Shown piece after piece: positions 34,947-45,613 of a DNA stretch of 64,000 nt (the first letter of the stretch is position 1; each line of letters begins with the position of its first letter). Origin of the DNA: Rebecca billardiae RCC1528 (taxonomy: Eukaryota; Protista; Haptophyta). Position numbers and translations under genes: made by a program. The notes under the pieces were generated by a model. It searched no databases and was not told where the DNA came from. It was given only the letters and a program-made list of their open reading frames with translations. The DNA lies in assembly GCA_965240325.2 (NCBI GenBank), contig OZ251232.1, positions 1,302,001-1,366,000 on the forward strand, read 5' to 3'.

Positions 34947-35674
34947 TCCCCCCCCCAAGAAGGGCTCAGCCCTCGATTTGCGCGCGGGACGCGCGCCGTC
35001 GAAGTCGCGCTTTCGCCGCTTCTGAAAAGCGCCGTGGTACCTTTCCGCGCGCTGCGCGCCAGTGGGCGCACAGTGGCGGCCGCGCGCCGCCGCGCGGGCC
35101 GCAGCCTCGCGGCCACTGGCGCCACCGCGAGGCCGCGCGCTCGGGCGGCGCGGGCTGCCAGCCGCGCGTAGGAGCCCGCCGCGCGCGCTCGGCCCGGCTC
35201 GCGGCCTGCTCGCCGCCCGTGCGCTCGGCACGCGGCCGGCGCGACCCGGGCGGCGCGGCGCGCGAGGTTCGCGCGCCCGCTCGGCGGGCGCGTGAGCGAG
35301 TCGAGCGCGTTCGGTCGGCCGCGCCTGGGCGAGCGTGTCCGCCACAGGCTGTAGCGAGCCGGGCTCCCTCGCCTCGACGCCCGAGGCGGTGCGCCGCGCG
35401 CGTTCTGTGCCGGTCTGCGGCGGCGCAGCGGCTGCGCTCGCGCACGGACGGCCGCTGGGCTTGGATGGGCGCTCTCGAGCGCGTTTGGCGGCGGATCCCG
35501 CGCGGAGGGCTGGGGCAGGCACGGCAGTCCGCTCTGTCCGCGCCAAGCCCGCCTCGTGACGGAGGCCTTGCCCATCGACCGCTCGCGCGCCTCGCCGCCG
35601 GCGCTCGACCGGAGTCGGGCGTGGGCCGCACGCGCCGCGCGCGCCGCGCGCCCGCCCGGTCGGCCCACGAAGGC
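34947..35674 (-). repeat. Left arm of long inverted repeat
   Basis: Reverse complement of 37793-38521. Confidence 0.95.
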
Positions 35675-36399
35675 AGCGCGGCATCCAGCGGCACGCGAGG
35701 GCAATGCAGTTGCAGCAGCCTACTGTTCAGCTGGCATCTCTGCTCAGCCGGTCGCACTCGTTCCTCGCCTTGCTCAGCGCTCATGCGGGGTCTGGACCGT
35801 CCACTGGCTGCGGCCCTTTGAGTGCCCGAACTGGCAGCGGTCACAGACATGAGACGCGCGGCGCGTGCTGCTGTCCGCGCCCAATGGGCCCACCACTGTG
35901 CTGACCTTGGCGCAGCGCCAGCAGGCGGGGCCGGCAGGGCACAAAGCGCTATTGCCCATTGCAGTGACTGTGCCGAGCCGACTGAGCGCCGGCAGCGCAT
36001 GAACACAAGCTGAGCTAGCAGGCCCAGCTAGAGTGTTGGCGAGCGACGGGGGCAGTTGATGCAGCCTGGGCCGCCCCAGCGCACCCGTGCCCGCCCGTCT
36101 CACGGCCGTGCTAGGCATACCGTGCCCATGGCTGTGCGCGTGCTGTTCACTCAGCAGTGCTGCACTTAGTCTGCTACTGTGTGCGCGAGCCCGCGCGTGT
36201 GCACGCGCGAGCCCGCGCGTGTGCAGTGCCGACAGGTCTGCCAGACTCGCCAGAGCCCGAGCAGCAGCATGGATGTAGGGAACGTACACCTGCTGAGCGG
36301 ACGACATTGCTTGACATCCGTTGCCATGCGCACCTGGGATCGCCATCCGGCCCGCTGATGTAGCAGTGTCGTTGAACTTGAATACTGCACGACGACCGC

Positions 36400-36900
36400 G
36401 CGATGACGGCTGCGTGTACCCTGAGACTGGCTGGGCAGCGGCGATGGTGGCAGAGACGATGGCGGCGACGACGCTCTGGGCTCGGCGGCGGACTGGGCGG
36501 TGATGATGACGGTAATGACGGCGGCGGACTAGGTGGTGACGACGCAGGCGGTGATGGTGGTAGCGATGGTGGTAGTGGGATCTGCGGTGGGCTCGGCGGC
36601 GGATTGGGAGGAGGGGGCGACGGTGGCGGTGATGGCTGCGGGCTCGGCTGCGAGCTCGGTGGCGGGCGTGGCGGCGGCGACGGCCGCGTTCTACGCGGCG
36701 GGCTTAGCGGCGGAGACGGTGGCGGTAATGGTGGCGGGCATGCCAGCGGCGATAGTGGTGGCGACAGCGGTTGGCCGGCCGGTGGGCTGGGTGGCACCTG
36801 CAGCCAGCCCTTCCTGCAAGCAACGCTGACAATACAGGCAGCAGTGTCAATCGGGCATGATTCTCAACCGCACTCGCTACCTGCAGCGCCGCCTCGGCGT
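36400..36900 (-). pseudogene. Decayed Cys-rich + (SPPP)n stalk fragment of an extracellular-protein gene
   Basis: ...SECG*ESCPIDTAACIVSVACRKGWLQVPPSPP...PPSPPP with an in-frame stop; boundaries approximate. Confidence 0.45.
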
Positions 36901-37792
36901 GCTCTTTCGCACTGCGACGTCCGCGTGTGACACGGGGCACAGCCTCTACCGCCTGACCACCAGCATTTCGCCCCACTTAAGTGCACTCTGGATGGCACGG
37001 CTACACGAGCAGTCACCAATGATGCCTCTGTCTGACAGACGGTCACACAGGCTGGCTAGCGCCCTCAGCGCGCCTCTGCAGCGGCAGCAGATGGCGGGGT
37101 GCTTGCGCTTGGCGATTGAGGCAAGGTTGGCCGGCGCGCACGGTCGGTGGCCCACCGCGATCTCGCCCTCGGGAGGCAGCGCCTGATGGGCCGAGCGAAC
37201 TTGCGAGCACACTATGGGCCACGCGAGTGCCTCTGCTCGGCCAGCGGCTGCTGTCCTGCGGTGCCGAGCCCGAGATGATGTCGGCCAGCATGGTGGGCTG
37301 CCTCGGACCTGCCTCGGGCACACCGTGATGGCGCATGTTCGCTCGGTGATGTGCCTAGCCGCACCGGAGCGGGCACGGCATCGGTGATGGCGGCTCTGAC
37401 CTGTCAGCCAGAGAGTCTCAGCTGGCGTGTGCACCACGGGCTCGGCCGTCGTTGTTGTCAGGTACTCGGGTCGCCGCCTCAAGTTGTTAGACTCACCCGA
37501 CCTTCCGCCTAGACGTGTTGGACGCAGCCACGTGCTATCTACTGGCGCACACCTGGATGTGTGTGGCACAGCCTCTCGCGCGCCCAGCGATTAAATCAGG
37601 CACGGGGCGAGCTGCGTGCAGCCCACGGGCTAAGCTCCGCTCACGATTGCAACACTTCTGACCTGTGTCCACGGCGTGCACAGCGACACACGCGCGCATG
37701 CTGGAGCGAGGCGCGCCAAAGGCGACGTCCAGGAAGGCGTGCGACCAGCCAGCGCACGCGGGAGCCAGGCAATGTGAAGAGCACATCGCATC

Positions 37793-38521
37793 GCCTTCAT
37801 GGGCCGACCGGGCGGGCGCGCGGCGCGCGCGGCGCGTGCGGCCCACGCCCGACTCCGGTCGAGCGCCGGCGGCGAGGCGCGCGAGCGGTCGATGGGCAAG
37901 GCCTCCGTCACGAGGCGGGCCGGGCGCGGACAGAGCGGACTGCCGTGCCTGCCCCAGCCCTCCGCGCGGGATCCGCCGCCAAACGCGCTCGAGAGCGCCC
38001 ATCCAAGCCCAGCGGCCGTCCGTGCGCGAGCGCAGCCGCTGCGCCGCCGCAGACCGGCACAGAACGCGCGCGGCGCACCGCCTCGGGCGTCGAGGCGAGG
38101 GAGCCCGGCTCGCTACAGCCTGTGGCGGACACGCTCGCCCAGGCGCGGCCGACCGAACGCGCTCGACTCGCTCACGCGCCCGCCGAGCGGGCGCGCGAAC
38201 CTCGCGCGCCGCGCCGCCCGGGTCGCGCCGGCCGCGTGCCGAGCGCACGGGCGGCGAGCAGGCCGCGAGCCGGGCCGAGCGCGCGCGGCGGGCTCCTACG
38301 CGCGGCTGGCAGCCCGCGCCGCCCGAGCGCGCGGCCTCGCGGTGGCGCCAGTGGCCGCGAGGCTGCGGCCCGCGCGGCGGCGCGCGGCCGCCACTGTGCG
38401 CCCACTGGCGCGGCAGCGCGCGGAAAGGTACCACGGCGCTTTTCAGAAGCGGCGAAAGCGCGACTTCGACGGCGCGCGTCCCGCGCGCAAATCGAGGGCT
38501 GAGCCCTTCTTGGGGGGGGGA
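37793..38521 (+). repeat. Right arm of long inverted repeat
   Basis: Reverse complement of 34947-35674; ends about 106 nt before the SAM-LRR ATG. Confidence 0.95.
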
Positions 38522-38627
38522 GATTAGGTTCATCAACCAAATCGCGCGTGACGCATTCCCACTTCGAGGTGCCGGCGAGGACGCGCACCATCTGCTCGAG
38601 CTGGGAGCGCGGAAGGTGGGCGCGAGC

Positions 38628-41600
38628 ATGCAACACGCCGCGTCACCTTCGTCACCCGCCGACGCCTCATCGTCAGAGCCGCCTGCAGCCAACGTGAGCC
38701 TGGACGCAGTGGACAACGAGGGCGTGTGTGCCCTGATCGCCTCGCTCCATTTCGACGAGCTTGTGCGGATTGCGCGGCGCAAGAATTTCCGCGGCAAGGA
38801 TCTGCGCGAACTCGAGGTGAACGATCTGAAGCAGTTCGAGCTCAGCTCGGGCGTGCGTGGCCACCGCTTCTTGGAGGAGGTGAAGGAGCTGAGCCTCTCG
38901 GGCGTGCCGCCATGGCGGCTCAAAGCCAAGCAGGCGTCGCCGCAGCAGCAGCCATCCAAGAGCGGCGACACTCGCGAGGGGCCTGGGCCGGAACCGGCGA
39001 CAGGGCAGGCCCCGGCGCCATCGTCGAAACAGGTCGAATCCGAGGTCCCGCCACAGACCAGCGAAGCCACCGGCGCCGCCGAGCTGCAAACGGCGCCGCC
39101 GCCGATCCACGCCTCTGCAGAGCAGCTCGAGGCGCTCGCGAGCGCTGTGGGCGTGGACTCAGCAGATGCGCTGATGGGGCTGAAGCAGGCGATGTGGAGG
39201 AAGAGGATGGCGGTGGCGGCGCACGCGCAGGCGATCGCGCACCTCGCCGCGCACTCTGCCAAGCTAACGAAGCTCGATCTCGACCTGACGGGCGTGGGCG
39301 ACGAGTGCGTGCGGCTGCTGTCGCAGGCGCTGCGGGCGGGCAGCTGCCGCCTGAAAAGGCTCTACCTGCGGTGCGCGCACGCACTGCGCGGTGAGGGGGC
39401 CAGCTGGCGGCGCGTGCGGTGGAGGGGAGGGGGGGGGGGGGGGGGCAGCGCGTGCCTCCACGCGCCGCGCCGCAGCAGCACCGTTGCGCGAGGCTGCGTC
39501 CGCGCCCGGCGCGCACAACGTGCCGTGCGCGCCGCCCGGCGCGCGCGGCCGGTGCGGCAGCGCGTGCGCAGCGTTGCGGTGCGCTGCAGTGGGCGGCGCG
39601 TGGTGCGCAGCGGCGTGGGCTGACACTGTCCATCCCACCCCGCGCGACCACCGCGCTCGCCTCTCCGCGCTTCCCCTCCCCTGTGCGTGCCTCCGCTGTG
39701 CACACAGCTCCAACGACCTGACGGACGTCTCCGGCACAGCGCTGGCGGAGGCGCTCCTCACCAACACCTCGCTGCATACGCTCGACCTGGAGTACGCGCA
39801 CGCACGGCGCCGCGAGGCGCGTGGCGGGCGGCGCAGGCGGCGGAGAGTAAGGGGGAGAGGACGGTTCGCGCGCCGTGTGCAACGCGTGCACCCGCGCGTG
39901 CACCCGCGCACGGTGCCACAGTAGCACCGTTGCGCGAGGCTGCGGCCGCGCCCAGCGCGCGCCCCACATCGCGCGTCACCCCAGGGCGGGCGGCGCGCGC
40001 GTCCGGTGCGGTGGCGCGTGCGCAGCGTGGCGGTGCGGTGCGGTGGGCGGTGCGGTGCACAGCGGTGTGGGCTGACACTGCCCACCTCACCCCGCGCGAC
40101 CACCGCGCTCGCCTCTCCGCGCTTCCCCTCCCCTGCGCGTGCCCCCGCTGTGCACACAGCTACAACGACCTGACGGACGTCTCCGGCACAGCGCTGGCGG
40201 AGGCGCTCCGCACCAACACCTCGCTGCATACGCTCGACCTGGAGTACGCGCACGCACGGCGCCGCGAGGCGCGTGGCGGGCGGCGCAGGCGGCGGAGAGG
40301 AAGGGGGAGAGGACGGGTCGCGCGCCGTGTGCAACGCGTGCACCCGCGCGTGCACCCGCGCACTGTGCCACAGTAGCACCGTTGCGCGAGGCTGCGGCCG
40401 CGCCCAGTGCGCGCCCCACATCGCGCGTCACCCCAGGGCGGGCGGCGCGCGCGTCCGGTGCGGTGGCGCGTGCGCAGCGTGGCGGTGCGGTGCGGTGGGC
40501 GGTGCGGTGCACAGCGGTGTGGGCTGACACTGCCCACCTCACCCCGCGCGACCACCGCGCTCACCTCTCCGCGCGCGCCCTTCCCTCGGCGTGCCCCCGC
40601 TGTGCACACAGCCGCAACCAGCTGACGGACGTCTCCGGCACAGCGCTGATGGAGGCGCTCCGCACCAACATCTCGCTGCAGCAGCTCCACCTGGAGTACG
40701 CGCACGCGCGGCGCGGCGATGGGGGGGGCGCGCGGTGCGTGCATTGAAGTGGTGGGAGGATGGTTCGCGCACCGTTTGCAGCGCGTGCACCCGCGCGCCG
40801 CGCCGCAGCAGCGCCGTCGCGCGAGGCTGCGGCAGCACCCGGCGCTAGCGCTGCGCCACGCGCGCCGCCCCACTGCGGGCGGCGGGCGCGGCAGTTTTGG
40901 CGGCGAGCGTGCAGCGTGGCGGTGCGGTGCGTTGGGCGGCGCGTGGTGCCCAGCGGCGTTGGCTGACACTGCCCACCCCACCCACGCACCCGCCGCGCTC
41001 GCCTCTTCGCACGCGCCTTTACCTCGGCGTGCCTCCGCTCGGCACACAGGGGCAACCAGCTGAGCTTTAGTGTCCGCGCCGGAGCGGAGAAGCTCAAGGC
41101 GCTCGCGCGCGCTGTCGGCGTGGGCTCTGCACAGGCGTTGATGGGGCTGGAGGAGGCGGAGTGGAGCGAGAAGACGGCGGTGGCGGCGTACACGCAGGCG
41201 ATCGCGCACCTCGCCGCGCACAGTGCCAAGCTAATGGAGCTCGATCTCGACATGACGGGCGTGGGCGACAAGTGCGCGCGGCTGCTGTCGCAGGCGCTGC
41301 GGGCGGACAGCTGCCGCCTGAAAAGGCTCTACCTGCGGTGCGCGCACGCACTGCGCGGTGAGGGGGCCAGCTGGCGGCGCGTGCGGTGGAGGGGAAGAGG
41401 GGTGGGGGGGGGGGGGGGGGGCTCCACGCGCCGCGCCGCAGCAGCGCCGTTTCACGAGGCTGCGTCGGCGCCCGGCGCGCACAACGTGCCGTGCGCGCCG
41501 CCCGGCGCGCGCGCCCGGTGCGGCGGCGAGTGCGGTGCGGTGGGCGGTGCGTGGTGCGCGGCGGCGTTGGCTGACAGCACCCCTCCCACCCGCGCACCCG

Positions 41601-44600
41601 CCGCGCGTGCCTCTGCGCTCCCCCTTCCCTCGGCGTGCCTCCGCTGTGCACACAGCTGGAACCAGCTGACGGACGTCTCCGGCACAGCGCTGGCGGAGGC
41701 GCTCCGCACCAACACCAAGCTGCAGCACCTCTGGCTGAGGTACGCGCATGCACGGGGCGGCGAGGGGGGCGGTGCGCGGCGCGGGCGGCGGAGGGGGGGG
41801 AGGGGGCTCGCGCGCCGTGCGCATCGCGCGCACGTGCGAGCACCCGCGCACGGCGCCGCAGCAGCGCCGTCGCGCGAGGCTGCGGCCGCGCCCGACGCAC
41901 TCGCCGCGGGGCGCGCGCGCCGCCCCTCGGCGTGCGGTGGCGCGTGGGCAGCGGTGCGGTGCGGTGCGGTGCGCGGCGCGTGGTGCGGTGCGGCGTGGGC
42001 TGACACTGCCCCTCCCACCCCGCGCGACCGCGGCGCTCGCCTCTCCGCGCTTCCCCTCCCCTCGGCGTGCCTCCGCTGTGCACACAGCAACAACCAGCTG
42101 ACGGACGTCTCCGGCACAGCGCTGGCGGAGGCGCTCCGCACCAACACCAAGCTGCAGGAGCTCTACGTGAGGTACGCGCACGCACGGCGCGGCGAGGGGG
42201 TCGGCGCGCGGCGCGGGCGGCGGAGAGGGGGAGGGGGTCGCGCGCCGTGTGTATCGCGCGCACGTGCGAGCACCCGCGCACGGCGCCGCAGCAGCGCCGT
42301 CGCGCGAGGCTGCGGCCGCGGCCGGCGCCCTTGCCGCGCGGCGCGCGCGCCGCCCCTCGGCGTGTGGCGGCGCGTGCGGTGCGGTGCGGTGCCGTGCGGT
42401 GCGCGGCGCGTGGTGCGCAGCGGCGTGGGCTGACACTGCCTATCCCACCCCGCGCGACCACCGCGCTCGCCTCTCCGCGCTTCCCCTCCCCTCGGCGTGC
42501 CTCCGCTGTGCACACAGCCGCAACCAGCTGACGGACGTCTCCGGCACAGCGCTGGCGGAGGCGCTCCGCACCAACACCAAGCTGCAGGGGCTCTTCCTGG
42601 AGTACGCGCACGCACGGCGCCGCGACGGGGGCGGTGCGCGGCGCGGGCGGTGGAGGGGGGGGGCGGGGGTCGTGCGCCGTGCGCATCGTGCGCACATGCG
42701 AGCACCCGCGCACGGCGCCGCAGCAGCGCCGTCGCGCGAGGCTGCGGCAGCGCCCAGCGCACTCGCCGCGCGGCGCGCGCGCCGCCCCTCGGCGTGTGGC
42801 GGCGCGTGCGGTGCGGTGCGGTGCCGTGCGGTGCGCGGCGCGTGGTGCGCAGCGGCGTGGGCTGACACTGCCTATCCCACCCCGCGTGACCGCCGCGCTC
42901 GCCCCTTCGCGCTTCCCCTCCCCTCGGCGTGCCTCCGCTGTGCACACAGCGGCAACCAGCTGACGGACGTCTCCGGCACAGCGCTGGCGGAGGCGCTCCG
43001 CACCAACACCGAGCTGGAGTACCTCAGCCTGGAGTACGCGCACGCACGGCGCCGCGACGGGGGCGGTGCGCGGCGCGGGCGGTGGAGGGGGGGGGCGGGG
43101 GTCGTGCGCCGTGCGCATCGTGCGCACATGCGAGCACCCGCGCACGGCGCCGCAGCAGCGCCGTCGCGCGAGGCTGCGGCAGCGCCCAGCGCACTCGCCG
43201 CGCGGCGCGCGCGCCGCCCCTCGGCGTGTGGCGGCGCGTGCGGTGCGGTGCGGTGCCGTGCGGTGCGCGGCGCGTGGTGCGCAGCGGCGTGGGCTGACAC
43301 TGCCCATCCCACCCCACGTGACCGCCGCGCTCGCCCCTTCGCGCTTCCCCTCCCCTCGGCGTGCCTCCACTGTGCACACAGCGGCAACCAGCTGACGGAC
43401 GTCTCCGGCACAGCGCTGGCGGAGGCGCTCCGCACCAACACCAAGCTGTGGTTGCTCGACCTGGGGTACGCGCACGCACGGCGCGGCGAGGGGGTCGGCG
43501 CGCGGCGCGGGCGGAAAGGGAAGGGGGAGGGCGCGCATCGCGTGCATCGCGCGCACGTGCGAGCACACGCGCACGGCGCCGCAGAAGCGCCGTCGCGCGA
43601 GGCTGCGGCCGCGGCCGGCACACTCGCCGCGCGGCGCGCGCGCCGCCCCTCGGCGTGCGGCGGCGCGTGCGCAGCGTAGCTGTGCAGTGCGGTGCGCAGC
43701 GCGCGGTGCGCAGCGGCATGGGCTAACACCACCGCTCCCACCCCGCGCGACCACCGCGCTCGCCTCTCCGCGCTTCCCCTCCCCTCGGCGTGCCTCCGCT
43801 GTGCACACAGCTTCAACAAGCTGACGGACGTCTCCGGCACAGCGCTGGCGGAGGCGCTCCGCACCAACACCTCGCTGCAGGATCTCAACCTGGAGTATGC
43901 GCACGCACGGTGGGGCGAGGGGGGCGGCGCGCGGCGCGTGCGGTGGAGGGGGAGGGAGGGAGGTTCGTGTGCCGTGTGCAGCGTGGGCAGCCGCGCGCCG
44001 CGCCGCAGCAGCGCCGTTGCGCGAGGCTGCGGCCGCGCCCGGCGCGCGCCCCACATCGCGCGTCACCCCACGGCGGGCAGCGCGCGCGGCCGGCGCGGCG
44101 GCGCGTGTGCAGCGGTGCGGTGCGGTGCGGTGGGCGGAGCGATGCGCAGCGGTGTGGGCTGACACTGCCCACTCCACCCCGCGCGTCCGCGGCGCTCGTA
44201 TCTTCGCGCTTCCCCTCCCCTCGGCGTGCCTTCGCTGTGCACACAGGGACAACAAGCTGACGGACGTCTCCGGCACAGCGCTGGCGGAGGCGCTCCGCAC
44301 CAACACCAAGCTGCAGGAGCTCAGCCTGGGGTACGCGCACGCACGGTGGGGCGAGGGGGGCGGCGCGCGGCGCGTGCGGTGGAGTGGTGAAAGGGTGATT
44401 CGCGCGCCGTGTGCAGCGTGGGCACCCGCGCGCCGCGCCGCAGCAGCGCCGTCCCGCGAGGCTGCGGCCGTGCCCGGCGCACGCCCCACATCGCGCGTCA
44501 CCCCACGGCGGGCAGCGCGCGCGGCCGGCGCGGCGGCGCGTGTGCAGCGGTGCGGTGCGGTGCGGTGGGCGGAGCGATGCGCAGCGGTGTGGGCTGACAC

Positions 44601-44769
44601 TGCCCACTCCACCCCGCGCGTCCGCGGCGCTCGTATCTTCGCGCTTCCCCTCCCCTTGGCGTGCCTTCGCTGTGCACACAGGGACAACAAGCTGAGCGAT
44701 GCTCAGATAGCCGCCGTCGAACAGGCCTGGGAAGGCAGTGGCCGCAGCGGCGGGAACCTCTACATCTAG
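38628..44769 (+). CDS. SAM-domain + ribonuclease-inhibitor-type LRR protein, 13 exons, ~652 aa
   Basis: Exons 38628-39370, 39708-39791, 40160-40243, 40612-40695, 41050-41337, 41656-41739, 42088-42171, 42518-42601, 42950-43033, 43382-43465, 43811-43894, 44247-44330, 44682-44769. All introns are GT-AG, phase 2; the spliced frame is open to TAG. SAM-like VCALIASLHFDELVRIARRKNFRGKDLRELEVNDLKQFELSSGVRGHRFLEEVKEL; 28-aa repeats xNxLTDVSGTALAEALRTNTxLxxLxL. Confidence 0.9.
39371..44681 (+). repeat. Tandem exon+intron array (period ~430-452 nt)
   Basis: Twelve related 318-368 nt introns sharing a GT(A/G)(C/T)GCGCA donor, a GGCT(G/A)ACA branch-point-like motif and a GCACACAG acceptor, alternating with LRR exons. 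Confidence 0.95.
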
Positions 44770-45613
44770 AGAGGCCTGGAGGATGGCGCGCGTGTGGGCA
44801 GTGTGGGCGCGTGAAGCCCCGGCCTGCATGCCCGCTCCCGGCGCCGACTGCGCCGCCAGCCGCCGCTTCGGCATCCGCAGGCAGTCCGGCCCCAGCCTGT
44901 GCCTGCACGCGGCGCCGTCAGCTGATGCCGCGGTCGGGCGGCAGATGACAGCAGTCAGCAGTCGTGCCGACGTGCGCACAGCGCAGCCGTGCCTCGATGA
45001 TGAACCAGCAGTGCCGGCGCACGGGGCTAGCATATTATACATATAACGACGTGGCATGCAACGGGCAAGCGTCAGGCTCAGAGTGCAGCAGATTACTGGT
45101 ACATGAGCGCCATTCGATCTTATTCGTCATCAAAGCCGCCTCCGTCTAGCGACCCGTTGCATCACCCCCGGGGCCATCCGCCAAGTGAATGTGAGGCGGC
45201 GCCGGTCCTTGTGCCGGCCGTGCGCCGTGCCACGGCCGGCGGCTGCCACGCCAGCCACGCGCCCCGCCGTTGGCGCCGCCAACCGTCCGCATCGTCCGCC
45301 GAGCAAGCGACGCGGGGGGGGCGGCATGAGTGACAGACGAAGGGGCCATGCATGCGCATTGGGTGCTATACCGCCAGACCTGCGCGCCCGCCTCGCGCAC
45401 CGTCGCCCAGCCATCGCCTTCGCCAGCGCGCAACCGGCGACCGCCGCCCACCCGGGCCGGCGGCCGCGCCGGCATGCCGGACGGCGCATCCCCGGCCTGC
45501 CCGGTGCGGCCAGTACGTCCGGGAGACTGCGCTGTCTCAAGACACCCGGTCGTCGGGCGTCACTGGATGCGTCCGCTGCCGCCGCTTCCCGCGTCGCCCG
45601 CGCACACGACACG

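Larger units (their letters stand above)
34947..38521. mobile_element. 3.6-kb segment bounded by ~728-bp inverted repeats (Pack-MULE/foldback-like element, or an inverted duplication)
   Basis: 34947-35674 is the reverse complement of 37793-38521; by eye about 3 substitutions and one 1-nt indel; outer ends are C9/G9. The interior carries a decayed Pro-rich coding fragment. No transposase or TSD seen. Confidence 0.6.

Noticed and set aside
37665-38627. N-terminal extension of the SAM-LRR ORF through the inverted-repeat arm
   Set aside because: Arg/Ala-rich, non-protein-like translation of repeat DNA; the other arm has a 1-nt indel that shifts this frame.
43368-43381. Acceptor motif C(G/A)CTGTGCACACAG resembles a V(D)J RSS heptamer/signal joint
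   Set aside because: No nonamer or RAG/Transib gene is seen, and the motif is explained as a homogenised splice acceptor. Worth revisiting only if somatic rearrangement is found.
39371-44681. Regular repeat-spacer pattern read as a CRISPR array
   Set aside because: Units are ~430-450 nt exon+intron pairs with GT-AG sites in a eukaryotic gene; there are no unique spacers and no cas genes.
41094-44690. 1198-aa minus-strand ORF and the many other long overlapping ORFs in the track
   Set aside because: Shadow frames caused by stop-codon scarcity at very high GC; they show no domain motifs.
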